A DNA stretch of 64,000 nt from Blastocatellia bacterium (GTDB lineage Bacteria; Acidobacteriota; Blastocatellia; UBA7656), in the NCBI GenBank assembly GCA_963765495.1, contig CAVXWP010000014.1, positions 1 through 64,000 of the forward strand, read 5' to 3'. The notes under the pieces were generated by a model, which saw nothing but the letters and a program-made list of their open reading frames with translations, had not been told where the DNA came from and did not search any database. The stretch's first letter is position 1. Each line of letters starts with the position of its first letter. The position numbers were made by a program, and so were the translations under genes. Below are positions 31,975 through 41,184 of the stretch, one piece after another.

Positions 31975-34269
31975 TCAGTATTTTATCTCGACTTTTACGG
32001 TCTTCTCTTCGACTCTGATGCTGACTTCGGGCCGCGCGCCCGCTATGCGGCGATCAATGCGCAATTGCGTGAAGGGGATGACTATATCCTCCTGCCACAG
32101 TCGTTCAAGTTGCGCGAGGCTTTTGCGCTCGCTGGCCAATCGCCCGGCGAAAAAACCTACAAGCGCGGGGTCCATTTTGATGATGACCGGCTGCGCGGCT
32201 TCAAGCCTCGTGCCGAGCGCTTCCAGCCGTTCGGCTATTATCTGCTCGATAGCCGCCCGGTCAAGAACCTGAAATTCTATCACCTCGTCTATGGCGGCGG
32301 CGAGCGCTTCTACAAGCCCGAATTCCGCGCTGCGCTCCCTGAGCAGCGAGCCGGTAGTCGGCCTTGAGGGCGCGCCTTCCTCGGGCGGTGCGGAAAAGCC
32401 TACCTGATTTGGTTTGCCGTGTTCGCTTATGCGCGAAAGCGACATCGCCACCGTCATATTCGAAAGCGAAATCCTCGTTCCCGCCGCGTCCGTGAATCGG
32501 CCTCGCTCAAACGCCTCGCCCAAAAATTGCTGCACGACCGGATGCGCCAGATCGATGTTGCGGAAGTATAGAACCGAATGCGGGCTGTCTTCGGCCGCTT
32601 TGGATAAAAGCCCGCTCCGCTCGCCGTATCCGACATAGCCCGGCTCTGCGCCGACCAGCCGCGAGATTGCCCACGATTCGGTGAACTGGCTCATATCGAA
32701 CTCGATCATCTTTTGCGGCGAGCCGTAAAGAAATTTCGCAAGCGCGGTCGCCATCTCGTGCTTGCCCACGCCTTCCGGCCCGATAAAGAGAAAGACCCCG
32801 TCGGGCTGCTCGGGTCTGAGTTCGAGCCTGAGCTTGGCTATTCGCACTACGCGCGCCACGTCGCGGGCGGCCCGCATCTGACCCGGCACGGCGCTGTTTA
32901 GAAAATCTTCGAGCCGGTCGAGCCGGTCGGCCGGGTCCTCATCCATGATTTCAAGCGGCAGCCCCGTGGTCTCTGAAAGCGTCTCGGTTATGCTCTCTCG
33001 CGACAGGTAATCCTTTCCGGCGATTGTAGTCTTTGCCGCCGCGCGGTCGAGCAGATCAAAGGCTTTATCGGGAAAGCTGCGCGAATGCAGATAACGGTCG
33101 GCCATATCTACTATGAGCGCGATCACCTCATCCGATATCTGTACCCCGTGATAGGATTCAAAAGCCTTGCGTGAATGAGAGAGTATTCGCGTAGTCTCTT
33201 CGGGCGAAGGCTCTTCGATTGTGATCGTGCTGAACCTGCGCGCAAGCGCCTCGTCGCGGGCTATATATTTGTAATACTCTCCAAGCGTCGTAGCGCCTAT
33301 GCACATGATCTCGCCTTTTGAGAGCGAGCTTTTCAGCAGGTTTGCAACATCACCCGTGCCTCCGGCTCCGCCCGCGCTGAGCAGCGTGTGAATCTCGTCA
33401 AAGAAGAGAATTACATCGCCTTCGCGGCGCACGTCTTCCAGCAATTTCTTCAGGCGCTCTTCTATCTCGCCCGCAAACTTCGCATCGGCCAGCAATCTGA
33501 GGCGCGAAACTTCCAGTATTCTTTTGCCCTGCAAACGCGCCGGCACATCGCCCGCGCAGAGCCTCATCGCTACGGCCGAAACGAGCGCCGTCTTGCCTAC
33601 GCCGGGTTTGCCTATCAACAGTGGATTGTTCTTGAGCTTGCGACAGAGAGTTTCAAGCACGGCCGTGATCTCGCGCTCGCGTCCGACAAAGGGGATCGGA
33701 GAAGCAGCGCGCGACTCTTCGGCGAGGTCGGCGCAGAAATCCTTGAGCGAGCCGCTAAGCTCGCGCGCCGGATAACCAGTGAATTGCTCCATCGTGGCTT
33801 CGCCGGTCTTGCCCGTCGTCGGTTGAACTTTAGAAGGGATTACGGATTCTTTCACGCGGTCGAAGAGGGCGAGGAGTTCGATCTCGAATTGCGGCTCGCC
33901 ATCGAAGGTTTCCCTGACGGTAGGGCTTGCCAGGGTGGCTCGAAGCAGTTGAGCGGGTATAATTTGAGCGATGCCTTCGGCCTGAGCCATGCGACCCGCG
34001 TCGGCCAGGACCTCCTGCGTCTCTTTCGGGACGACTATGCGCTCGGCCGGTTCCGTATAACGAGCCGAAAGCTTTTCGCGCGCCGCTTCAAGCAGCCTCA
34101 TCCGCTCATCTTGCAGGTGATCGGAATCAACCGGGATGTTTTCAAGAAGAGTCACAAGCAGGTGAAGCGGCGACACGACGCCGCCTCTTGCGCAGGCGAG
34201 CCTCTTTGCGATGTCGAACGCCTCGCGCGCCTCCGGGCCGAGCAGTTTGAGCAGTTCTTCCCTTTGCAT
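31975..34269 (-). CDS. Class I Clp/Hsp100 ATPase (ClpA/C-like) with degenerate second AAA+ domain
   Basis: Clp_N-like repeats. D1 has GKPGVGKT, ILFFDEIH and ALARRF. D2 has GPEGVGKHE, PGYVGY and VLYFRNIDLAH. No long middle domain. Confidence 0.88.
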   Translation of the reverse strand: MQREELLKLLGPEAREAFDIAKRLACARGGVVSPLHLLVTLLENIPVDSDHLQDERMRLLEAAREKLSARYTEPAERIVVPKETQEVLADAGRMAQAEGIAQIIPAQLLRATLASPTVRETFDGEPQFEIELLALFDRVKESVIPSKVQPTTGKTGEATMEQFTGYPARELSGSLKDFCADLAEESRAASPIPFVGREREITAVLETLCRKLKNNPLLIGKPGVGKTALVSAVAMRLCAGDVPARLQGKRILEVSRLRLLADAKFAGEIEERLKKLLEDVRREGDVILFFDEIHTLLSAGGAGGTGDVANLLKSSLSKGEIMCIGATTLGEYYKYIARDEALARRFSTITIEEPSPEETTRILSHSRKAFESYHGVQISDEVIALIVDMADRYLHSRSFPDKAFDLLDRAAAKTTIAGKDYLSRESITETLSETTGLPLEIMDEDPADRLDRLEDFLNSAVPGQMRAARDVARVVRIAKLRLELRPEQPDGVFLFIGPEGVGKHEMATALAKFLYGSPQKMIEFDMSQFTESWAISRLVGAEPGYVGYGERSGLLSKAAEDSPHSVLYFRNIDLAHPVVQQFLGEAFERGRFTDAAGTRISLSNMTVAMSLSRISEHGKPNQVGFSAPPEEGAPSRPTTGSLLRERSAEFGLVEALAAAIDEVIEFQVLDRAAIEQIIAERLEALGTRLEAAQPVIIKMDPALVGFFAGRLASERKSLAQLERLWQEDIVIPFTQLRIDRRIAGARPEVSIRVEEKTVKVEIKY

Positions 34270-34393
34270 ACAGTTGCGCTGCCGATTGATGGATAACAAA
34301 CAACCCTGTAGTTGCTTTGCCTGGCTCCCGCGACAAAGCCTATACGGCCTGTTGTCGCGGGTCAATACCTGTTGCAATTTATTGGATGGGGTT

Positions 34394-34828
34394 TTATTGG
34401 ATGGCCTCGGAAGTGACTATGGATCGCTGCTGTGTAGCATCAGAGATGGTGAGCAGTTGTTCGGAATAGAGATTCGAGTTGATAAGGGTCTGCACTACGT
34501 AGTCGCCGGGAGTCATAAAAGAGACATTCGCAAAAATGGTGACGTTGTCGGCATAACCGTCTGGCGGAATCTCGAAGGGTGAAGGCGGCGAGGCCGCGAT
34601 AGACTGAGTCCTGTCAGGCGTAAGTATTCGGACCTCCGAAAGAAACTGTCCCTCGCCCGACCAGTGATTGAGCACGACCATCTTGAGCAATGTGACCGGC
34701 ATCTGCGGAACCTGTATGCCGTAAAATATTCCCATAAGGCTCAACTTGTGATTGATCTCAAGCCGCACGTCTTCGCAGATAATGGTGTAGTACAAATGTA
34801 GGTTTTCTGGGGCTTTTTTTTGAGACAT
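34394..34828 (-). CDS. DUF6941-like small beta-sandwich protein (alternative start 34882)
   Basis: IICEDVRLE..HKLSLMGIF ... F.TPGDY pattern. Confidence 0.6.
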   Translation of the reverse strand: MSQKKAPENLHLYYTIICEDVRLEINHKLSLMGIFYGIQVPQMPVTLLKMVVLNHWSGEGQFLSEVRILTPDRTQSIAASPPSPFEIPPDGYADNVTIFANVSFMTPGDYVVQTLINSNLYSEQLLTISDATQQRSIVTSEAIQ

Positions 34829-34913
34829 CAATTCTCTCGCTTTCCGGTAAAGACTAACTATCTCATGTCGGTTGGCGCTCATACAAGCAAGGGCTTTCGT
34901 TGTAGGAACTCAG

Positions 34914-34988
34914 AATTGCCACAGAGACACGGAGACACAGAGACAGGATTATAAAAGACTCTGTGCCTCTGTGCCTCTGTGGCAAATT
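34914..34988. repeat. CACAGAG family repeat, copy 2
   Basis: aattgccacagagacacggagacacagag ... ctctgtgcctctgtgcctctgtggcaaatt. Confidence 0.85.
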
Positions 34989-35052
34989 TCTCCCTTTCTG
35001 AACATATACCAATCGGTCTCGTTAATCTCAGATCTCAAATTGCGCGCCAGCG

Positions 35053-38000
35053 CTATGCTCCCTGCCGTCGTCTGGTTACGCTCGCAATAACCGTGGCAAG
35101 CTCGATCAGTTCCACAGGCTTTGACACGTGCGCGTCAAAACCTGCCGCGAGTGCGCGCAATCGGTCTTCGGCCCGCGCGTGCGCCGTCAACGCGATTGCG
35201 GCTATATCGCTTTGAGCCGACTCCGTAGCGCGTACCTTGCGGATTAAGGAATACCCGTCTTCTCCGTACATCTCTATATCAGAAATCAAGACGTCCGGCT
35301 TTGATCGTTCGAGCAATTCGAACCCTTCGGCGGCGTTTGCTGCTATCGTCACCCTTGCGCCGCATTGCTCAAGCATGAGCTTCATGACTTCTCGCGCATC
35401 CGGCTCATCCTCGACCACCAGCAGATGCAACCCGTCCAGTCGCGTTGGCGAGTCAGAGATTGCGGCTGTCGCGTGGCGAACCTCTTCCTGTTCCACCACG
35501 TCCGGGTTAAAACGTCCCGTATCATGGGCAATAATAAGCGGCAGCGTGACCATAAATGTAGCGCCCTGATCCTTCCCACTGCTTTGAGTCGATATTGTCC
35601 CGCCATGCAGTTCGACAAGATGACGCACGAGCGCCAGCCCCAAACCGAGCCCTCCGTGTTTTCTGGTGTAAGAGGTGTCTGCCTGCCGGAATCGCTCAAA
35701 AATAAAGGGCTGGAAGTCCGGGTCAATCCCCGGCCCTGTGTCGCTCACGATTATCTCGATGTGAGAGTTGACCCGCTCCAACCTAACCTGGACTCGCCCG
35801 CCTTTTGGGGTGAATTTCACGGCGTTTGACAAGAGATTCCACACGATCTGCTGCAATCGCTGAGGGTCGCCCGACACCGGACCGGCATTTGAGTCGAGCA
35901 ATAACTGGAGCCGAATCCCCTTGGCATCCGCAGCGGGTCGTATCACATCGACGGCGGCTTGAATCACGGCTGAAAGCTCGACGGGTTGTATTTCGAGCCG
36001 CAGCTTTCCTGTGATGATCCGCGAAACATCGAGCAGGTCTTCGATAAGCCTCGCCTGTGATCTGGCGTTTCGCTCTATGGTCTCCAGCCCGCGCGCGCTC
36101 ATCTCTTCGGTGAGTCTCCCTCCGCGCATCATAGTGACCCATCCCAGTATGGCGTTTAGCGGAGTCCTCAATTCGTGAGATACGGTTGCCAAAAATTCGT
36201 CTTTGGTCCGATTGGCGGCCTCTGCCTGAGCGCGGGCCTCCTGTTCACGCACCAGCAATTCGGCGCTGAGTTTCTGAGCCTGTTCAGCTTCGAGTCGAGC
36301 GCCCTGCGCGCTCACAAGCAATTGTTCGCGCTCCTCTTCGGCTCTCTTGCGCTCGGTGATGTCGCGAAAATAGACCGCAAGCGACCCGTCCGCGGACGGG
36401 AAACACCTGTTCTCAAACCACATATCCCATGGTTCGTAGAAGCTTTCAAATTCTACGCTCATCTGTTCTTCGACGGCGCGGCGGAATTCTCTTTCTGTCT
36501 CCGTGCCAAGTGTGGCCGGAAATGCTTCCCAGAGCTTCTTCCCAAGCAACTCATTTCGATTCAGACCCAGGCGTTCGGCTTCGGCGTTTATATAAATGTA
36601 GCGCCAGTCGCGGTCGAGCGCGACAAAGCCTTCATTGATACTTTCCCAGATGTTGATAACCTGTTGTTGAGCTTCGCGGCGGATGCGGACCAGTTCGAGA
36701 TGCGTCCCCACGCGGGCGAGAAGTTCGCGGGCCGAAAACGGTTTGACAAGATAATCGTCGGCCCCCGCTTCTATGCCTTCCACCCGGGCCTCTTCGCCCG
36801 CCCGCGCCGAAAGCATGATGACGGGAATCGTGCTCGTGCCCGGATTGTCTCTGAGCGCCCTCAGGAGGCCGAATCCGTCCAGGTGCGGCATCATTATATC
36901 CGTCAGCACAAGGTCCGGCGTGCGTTCTCGCGCAGCCGCGAGCGCCATCTCCCCGTCGGCTACCGCCTCGACTTCATACCGCGTACCCAACAACCTGCGC
37001 ACGTAATCGCGCATATCGGCGTTGTCATCAGCCAGCAGGATGCGCGCTCGCTTGCTTTCTTCGGATTTCTCTCTGGCCTCCAGCGGAAAACCGAAAATGT
37101 CCTTGCTTATAGAGCTTTCGGCAGCCGAACCAGATGCATCGTCTGGAAGCCAGCCGAGCGCCTCTTCGATGTATGTATTGGTGCCGAGTGCGGTTGACGT
37201 GAGTGATCGCCCGGCTTGAATGCGATCCGAGGGCAGATGCGCGTGGCCGAATGGGATCGTCACAATGAATGCGCTGCCTTGCCCGTAGACGCTTTCTACC
37301 CTCACCGAGCCATCGTGAAGCTTGACCAGTTCCTGTACAAGCGCGAGGCCGATTCCCGTCCCCTCGTAAGTGCGCCCGCGCGCGCCTTCTACTCTGTGAA
37401 ATCGCTCGAAAAGATGAGGCACCTCTTCGGCAGGAATGCCTATGCCGGTGTCTTTAATTGTAAGCTCGGCCATCTCTCCTGCCGCCTGCAATCGCACTTC
37501 AATCCCGCCTTCGAAAGTAAATTTGAAGGCATTCGAGAGCAGGTTTAGAACCACCTTTTCCCACATCTCGCGATCCACATAAACCGGCTCGGGCAGGGTC
37601 GGGCAATCAATAACGAGTTGCATCTCCGCCCGCTCGATGGCTGAGCGAAACACGCTCGCCAGATCAACCGTGAGGGCGGCCAGGTCTACAGGCTCGTAGC
37701 TCGCCTGCATACGGCCCGCCTCAATGCGCGAAAAGTCGAGCAGAGTGTTGACCAGTTTCAGCAGGCGCAGGCTGTTACGGTGAGCGACTTCGATATGCTG
37801 ACGATCTTCAGTCGCGTTGTCGGTTTTGGCCAGCAGGTCTTCAAGCGGGCCGAGCATCAGCGTGAGCGGAGTGCGAAACTCGTGGCTGACATTGCTGAAG
37901 AAAAGCGTCTTGGCGCGGTCCAGTTCGGCGAGAGCTTCGGCGCGCTTGCGCTCTTCCTCGTATGCCTGAGCGTTGGCGATACTGGCCGCTATCTGGGACG

Positions 38001-38967
38001 AAACCAGATCGATGAAACTTCTATAATTGTCGTCGAAGAGTCTGAACGGGTTTAGACCGGCAACGAGTATACCCGCTTTCCCCATCTCTCCTGATGGCGC
38101 GATTGGAACGGTCACGGCCTGTGAGGGAGGACGCTGCCATGCGCCTGTCGGAAGGTTGTCAAAGGTCGTCTCCAGACCAATGACCAGACGGTGTTTATGC
38201 GATTGAACCACTTCGGCAAAAGGCCATATTGAATCCTCATCCAGGGCGATCGTTTCAGGGGCTGCCGCGTGACCCCGCTCGATGCCGCAGGCTCCGGCCA
38301 GCGTGACGAGCCGCTTATCGGGGTCTATCAGATAGATCATCGCAAAGGGCAGATCAAAGGGGTTGGTCTCAAGACATCGGGCGCTCAGTGTGCAGGCATC
38401 GTCAAATGTGCGGGCATCCACGGCCCTTGCCGCAAGCTCTTTGAGCAAGGCCAACTGGCGTTCTCCCACTATGCGCTCGGTGTTATCGGTGTTTGCGCAA
38501 ATGATGCCGCCCGTGCCGCCCTGATCGCCGGGAACCGGGCTATATGAAAACGTGTAGTATGTTTCCTCCGGGTAGCCGTTACGCTCCATTATAAGCAGAA
38601 GCGACTCATCGTAAGTACCCTCATTTTTTAGCATCGCCGATTCGGCGCGAGGACTGACCTGATCCCATATCTCTCGCCACACATAAGAGGCCGGCTGTCC
38701 GAGCACCTCAGGGTGTTTGCCGCCGACAATCGCCTTATAGGCATCGTTGTACAGATTGATAAGTTCTTCGCCCCACCATACGAACATCGGCTGGCGAGAT
38801 GTGAGCATTATACGCACGGCGGTCTTCAGGCTTTGCGGCCACTGCTCGGCCGGGCCAAGCGGAGTAACTGCCCAGTTGAATGCGCGCATGCGCGCTCCCA
38901 TCTCTCCGCCCCCGCTGAGAAAATCCACGGCAACCTGTCCATTCCCGTTTTCAGTCGTATTTTCCAT
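35053..38967 (-). CDS. Cytoplasmic hybrid sensor kinase (PAS-like, GAF, HK, REC, PAS, HK, REC)
   Basis: Two H-boxes (SHEFRTPL, SHELRTPL), two HATPase domains and two receivers (DLVLTDIMMP, DVLISDIEM). Confidence 0.93.
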   Translation of the reverse strand: MENTTENGNGQVAVDFLSGGGEMGARMRAFNWAVTPLGPAEQWPQSLKTAVRIMLTSRQPMFVWWGEELINLYNDAYKAIVGGKHPEVLGQPASYVWREIWDQVSPRAESAMLKNEGTYDESLLLIMERNGYPEETYYTFSYSPVPGDQGGTGGIICANTDNTERIVGERQLALLKELAARAVDARTFDDACTLSARCLETNPFDLPFAMIYLIDPDKRLVTLAGACGIERGHAAAPETIALDEDSIWPFAEVVQSHKHRLVIGLETTFDNLPTGAWQRPPSQAVTVPIAPSGEMGKAGILVAGLNPFRLFDDNYRSFIDLVSSQIAASIANAQAYEEERKRAEALAELDRAKTLFFSNVSHEFRTPLTLMLGPLEDLLAKTDNATEDRQHIEVAHRNSLRLLKLVNTLLDFSRIEAGRMQASYEPVDLAALTVDLASVFRSAIERAEMQLVIDCPTLPEPVYVDREMWEKVVLNLLSNAFKFTFEGGIEVRLQAAGEMAELTIKDTGIGIPAEEVPHLFERFHRVEGARGRTYEGTGIGLALVQELVKLHDGSVRVESVYGQGSAFIVTIPFGHAHLPSDRIQAGRSLTSTALGTNTYIEEALGWLPDDASGSAAESSISKDIFGFPLEAREKSEESKRARILLADDNADMRDYVRRLLGTRYEVEAVADGEMALAAARERTPDLVLTDIMMPHLDGFGLLRALRDNPGTSTIPVIMLSARAGEEARVEGIEAGADDYLVKPFSARELLARVGTHLELVRIRREAQQQVINIWESINEGFVALDRDWRYIYINAEAERLGLNRNELLGKKLWEAFPATLGTETEREFRRAVEEQMSVEFESFYEPWDMWFENRCFPSADGSLAVYFRDITERKRAEEEREQLLVSAQGARLEAEQAQKLSAELLVREQEARAQAEAANRTKDEFLATVSHELRTPLNAILGWVTMMRGGRLTEEMSARGLETIERNARSQARLIEDLLDVSRIITGKLRLEIQPVELSAVIQAAVDVIRPAADAKGIRLQLLLDSNAGPVSGDPQRLQQIVWNLLSNAVKFTPKGGRVQVRLERVNSHIEIIVSDTGPGIDPDFQPFIFERFRQADTSYTRKHGGLGLGLALVRHLVELHGGTISTQSSGKDQGATFMVTLPLIIAHDTGRFNPDVVEQEEVRHATAAISDSPTRLDGLHLLVVEDEPDAREVMKLMLEQCGARVTIAANAAEGFELLERSKPDVLISDIEMYGEDGYSLIRKVRATESAQSDIAAIALTAHARAEDRLRALAAGFDAHVSKPVELIELATVIASVTRRRQGA

Positions 38968-39380
38968 AAAACCGTCTCTGTGATTTAAGATTCAACTAAT
39001 GGAACAAGCTCGAAAAAATATTGATGGTTAGAGTAGGGGGCGAAGCGCCGGATAAGCGCTTGAAACTGAAATGCGACGGCGTTGTCCATATTCCACCTTT
39101 CGCATCTTGCGTTGAAAGATGCGTGCTGGAACCCACAAGCGTCGCCTGATGCCACAGACCAGATAGCAGGTGTTTGATTTTATCACAACCCTCTTTGCCT
39201 ATGTATACCCTGAGCCGGTTTGCTCTTATATTATTTTAAATTGAGACCGACTGCGCTGGAAATAAATCTCTATCACCCGCGCCTATCTGAAATTTCAAAT
39301 CTCGAATCTCAAATCTCAGTCGTAGTGATCGACGGCCATCCTTACTTTCTCTAAAGCGGCAATAAGACCGGACATGAAGA

Positions 39381-39411
39381 AAATGCCGACCAGATTATCT
39401 GGTCGGCATTT
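39381..39411 (-). terminator. Rho-independent terminator, probably bidirectional
   Basis: 14 bp stem AAATGCCGACCAGA/TCTGGTCGGCATTT with A/T-rich flanks, just after the 39457 stop. Confidence 0.8.
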
Positions 39412-39456
39412 CACTTTTGAATCACGGACTTAATAGCCCTTTAGAAGGTCCATCGA

Positions 39457-40248
39457 CTACCTGCGCCCTCGATAGGCTTCTTCGTAGCCTCGCTGGTAAC
39501 CCTCGCGATACCCCTGCTGGTACACGCTGCGGTCGCCGTACTCTGAGCGCCAGCCGCTTGTTGCATTGCGATAATCGCTAGCGTCATTGTAGTTGTAATT
39601 TCGCCGTCTGTTTCTATCATCCTGACCGTGCCGCAAGCCATCACGATAGCCGTTCTGCTGCGCCAGGCGATATACTTCGTTGCGATCATATCGGTTGTTA
39701 CGGTCGTTGCGATCATTGCGATCATTACGGTCGTCGCGACCTCTGTTACGCCTGTTGTACCAGTCGTCATCATCTCGACCCCAACGATCGTTTCCATAAA
39801 CCTCGTCGAAACTGGCACCCAGAACGGCCGCGGCATCTTTGCGATCATAACGGCGCGTGCGTCGGGAGCGGGCATCATTGAATCCTTCTTTGAAGCCCTT
39901 TCTGAAATAATCGCGGTAGGTTTTTACATCACCCATAAAATCTCGCCATCCGTCGTCCGGGTCACGGTACTCGGGCATGTCGTTATAGTTTTCCCTGTAT
40001 CCCCTTCCAGAATCGTTCTTTGCTATGGTGTAGGCCTGCGCATAACCGAATTTGAAGGCAAAGTCTCTTTCTCTTTGTTGGGGCCATCTGCCGTATTGTC
40101 CATTTCTGTTGTACTGGCCATAGCTGTAATTATCGTATGTACGGTACTGTGCCTGAGCCGTCGAATTTGCTATCACTCCTATGCCGAGCAACAGCGCAAT
40201 CGTCAGGGCAGTACCGCCTATCTTTCTCCTCAGGTTTATCGTGCTCAT
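39457..40248 (-). CDS. Secreted low-complexity R/D/N/Y/G-rich repeat protein
   Basis: Signal peptide ending AQAQ, (RND)n tract and GY..GY motifs. AGGGAGG RBS. Confidence 0.75.
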   Translation of the reverse strand: MSTINLRRKIGGTALTIALLLGIGVIANSTAQAQYRTYDNYSYGQYNRNGQYGRWPQQRERDFAFKFGYAQAYTIAKNDSGRGYRENYNDMPEYRDPDDGWRDFMGDVKTYRDYFRKGFKEGFNDARSRRTRRYDRKDAAAVLGASFDEVYGNDRWGRDDDDWYNRRNRGRDDRNDRNDRNDRNNRYDRNEVYRLAQQNGYRDGLRHGQDDRNRRRNYNYNDASDYRNATSGWRSEYGDRSVYQQGYREGYQRGYEEAYRGRR

Positions 40249-40311
40249 CTTCGTCCTCCCTACGTTTAACAGTTACAGAGTCAATATCGATTGCTCTGCG
40301 ACTAATAATAT

Positions 40312-40327
40312 AACAATTAGCGTGCCA
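40312..40327 (-). promoter_or_regulatory. Candidate sigma54 promoter
   Basis: Minus strand TGGCACGCTAATTGTT (consensus TGGCACG-N4-TTGC, one mismatch at the conserved -12 C), ~65 bp upstream of the gene. Confidence 0.45.
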
Positions 40328-40490
40328 TAGGTGGCCTGTATTCAATCAAATAGGTAAAAGACCTGTTCTACAGGCAGTTAGAGCGATCACCTCCTAAATT
40401 GCGGGGATGAGTGAACTGTATCGAAACACCAATTGCGAGTGAGTTCAAACGATTTCGTATAGGCGAAAATCGCCAAACCATAGATTTAAA

Positions 40491-40563
40491 TTTTGAGTTT
40501 TGAGTTTTGAGTTTTGAATTCCGTTTTATTTATTTCAATTCAAAACTCAAAACTCAAAACTCA
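40491..40563. repeat. Inverted heptamer tandem repeat (TTTTGAG)n hairpin
   Basis: 27 bp perfect stem 40494-40520/40537-40563 with a 16 nt loop, abutting the stop at 40564. Confidence 0.9.
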
Positions 40564-41058
40564 TCATTCAACGACCGCCAGCACTTGATTGGCATTGACC
40601 GTAACGCCTTCCCGGACGCGGATTTCGCTTACTCGCCCGTCCTTTGGCGATTTGATCTCGTTTTGCATCTTCATTGCCTCTACGATAATCACTCCCTGAC
40701 CTGTCGTGACCTGATCGCCTGTGTTTAGCAGGATGCGCACAACCTTTCCCGGCATAGGGGATATGAGATGCTGCTCGCCGTCATTGCCTTGATCTGCGGG
40801 CGAGCGTCTGTGCTTACGGTCTATAATTCTGGCGGTGAAAATGCGGTCGCGGAGTTTAATCCTGAGCGTACCCGCATCCGAAGGCCACACTCGTGTTTCG
40901 TAAACGTGGTCGCCCGAAAAAAGGAGATAAACGCTGCTTTCCGGGCGGATAAGCTCCAGATCGTAACTGCGCTGTTCGATGATTGCACGGATGTGACCAT
41001 CGCGCTCCTCAATATCTATTTCTATCTGGCGACCGTCAATTTCGGCTTCGTATTTCAT
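40564..41058 (-). CDS. Biotin carboxyl carrier (biotin/lipoyl-domain) protein
   Basis: SPMPGKVV and the EAMKMQNEI biotinylation motif. Confidence 0.9.
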   Translation of the reverse strand: MKYEAEIDGRQIEIDIEERDGHIRAIIEQRSYDLELIRPESSVYLLFSGDHVYETRVWPSDAGTLRIKLRDRIFTARIIDRKHRRSPADQGNDGEQHLISPMPGKVVRILLNTGDQVTTGQGVIIVEAMKMQNEIKSPKDGRVSEIRVREGVTVNANQVLAVVE

Positions 41059-41075
41059 AGTCTGATGACGCGCAA

Positions 41076-41181
41076 TACGTGAAGCGTGATACGTGAAGCG
41101 TGATTCGTAATTTGCCGGACTTGCAAATTGACTATGGCCTACAGGCTCATCACGAATCACGAATCACGCTTCACGTATCAC
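41076..41181. repeat. Inverted heptamer tandem repeat (CGTGA family) hairpin
   Basis: 23 bp perfect stem GTGATACGTGAAGCGTGATTCGT at 41086-41108/41159-41181. Confidence 0.85.
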
Positions 41182-41184
41182 CTT

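Noticed and set aside
31975-34269. ClpV/TssH of a type VI secretion system, or canonical ClpB
   Set aside because: No T6SS genes are present, there is no long coiled-coil middle domain, and D2 is degenerate
39690-39735. 9 bp tandem repeat as a phase-variation or contingency locus
   Set aside because: It is an in-frame, degenerate coding repeat (RND)n, so length changes would not shift the frame
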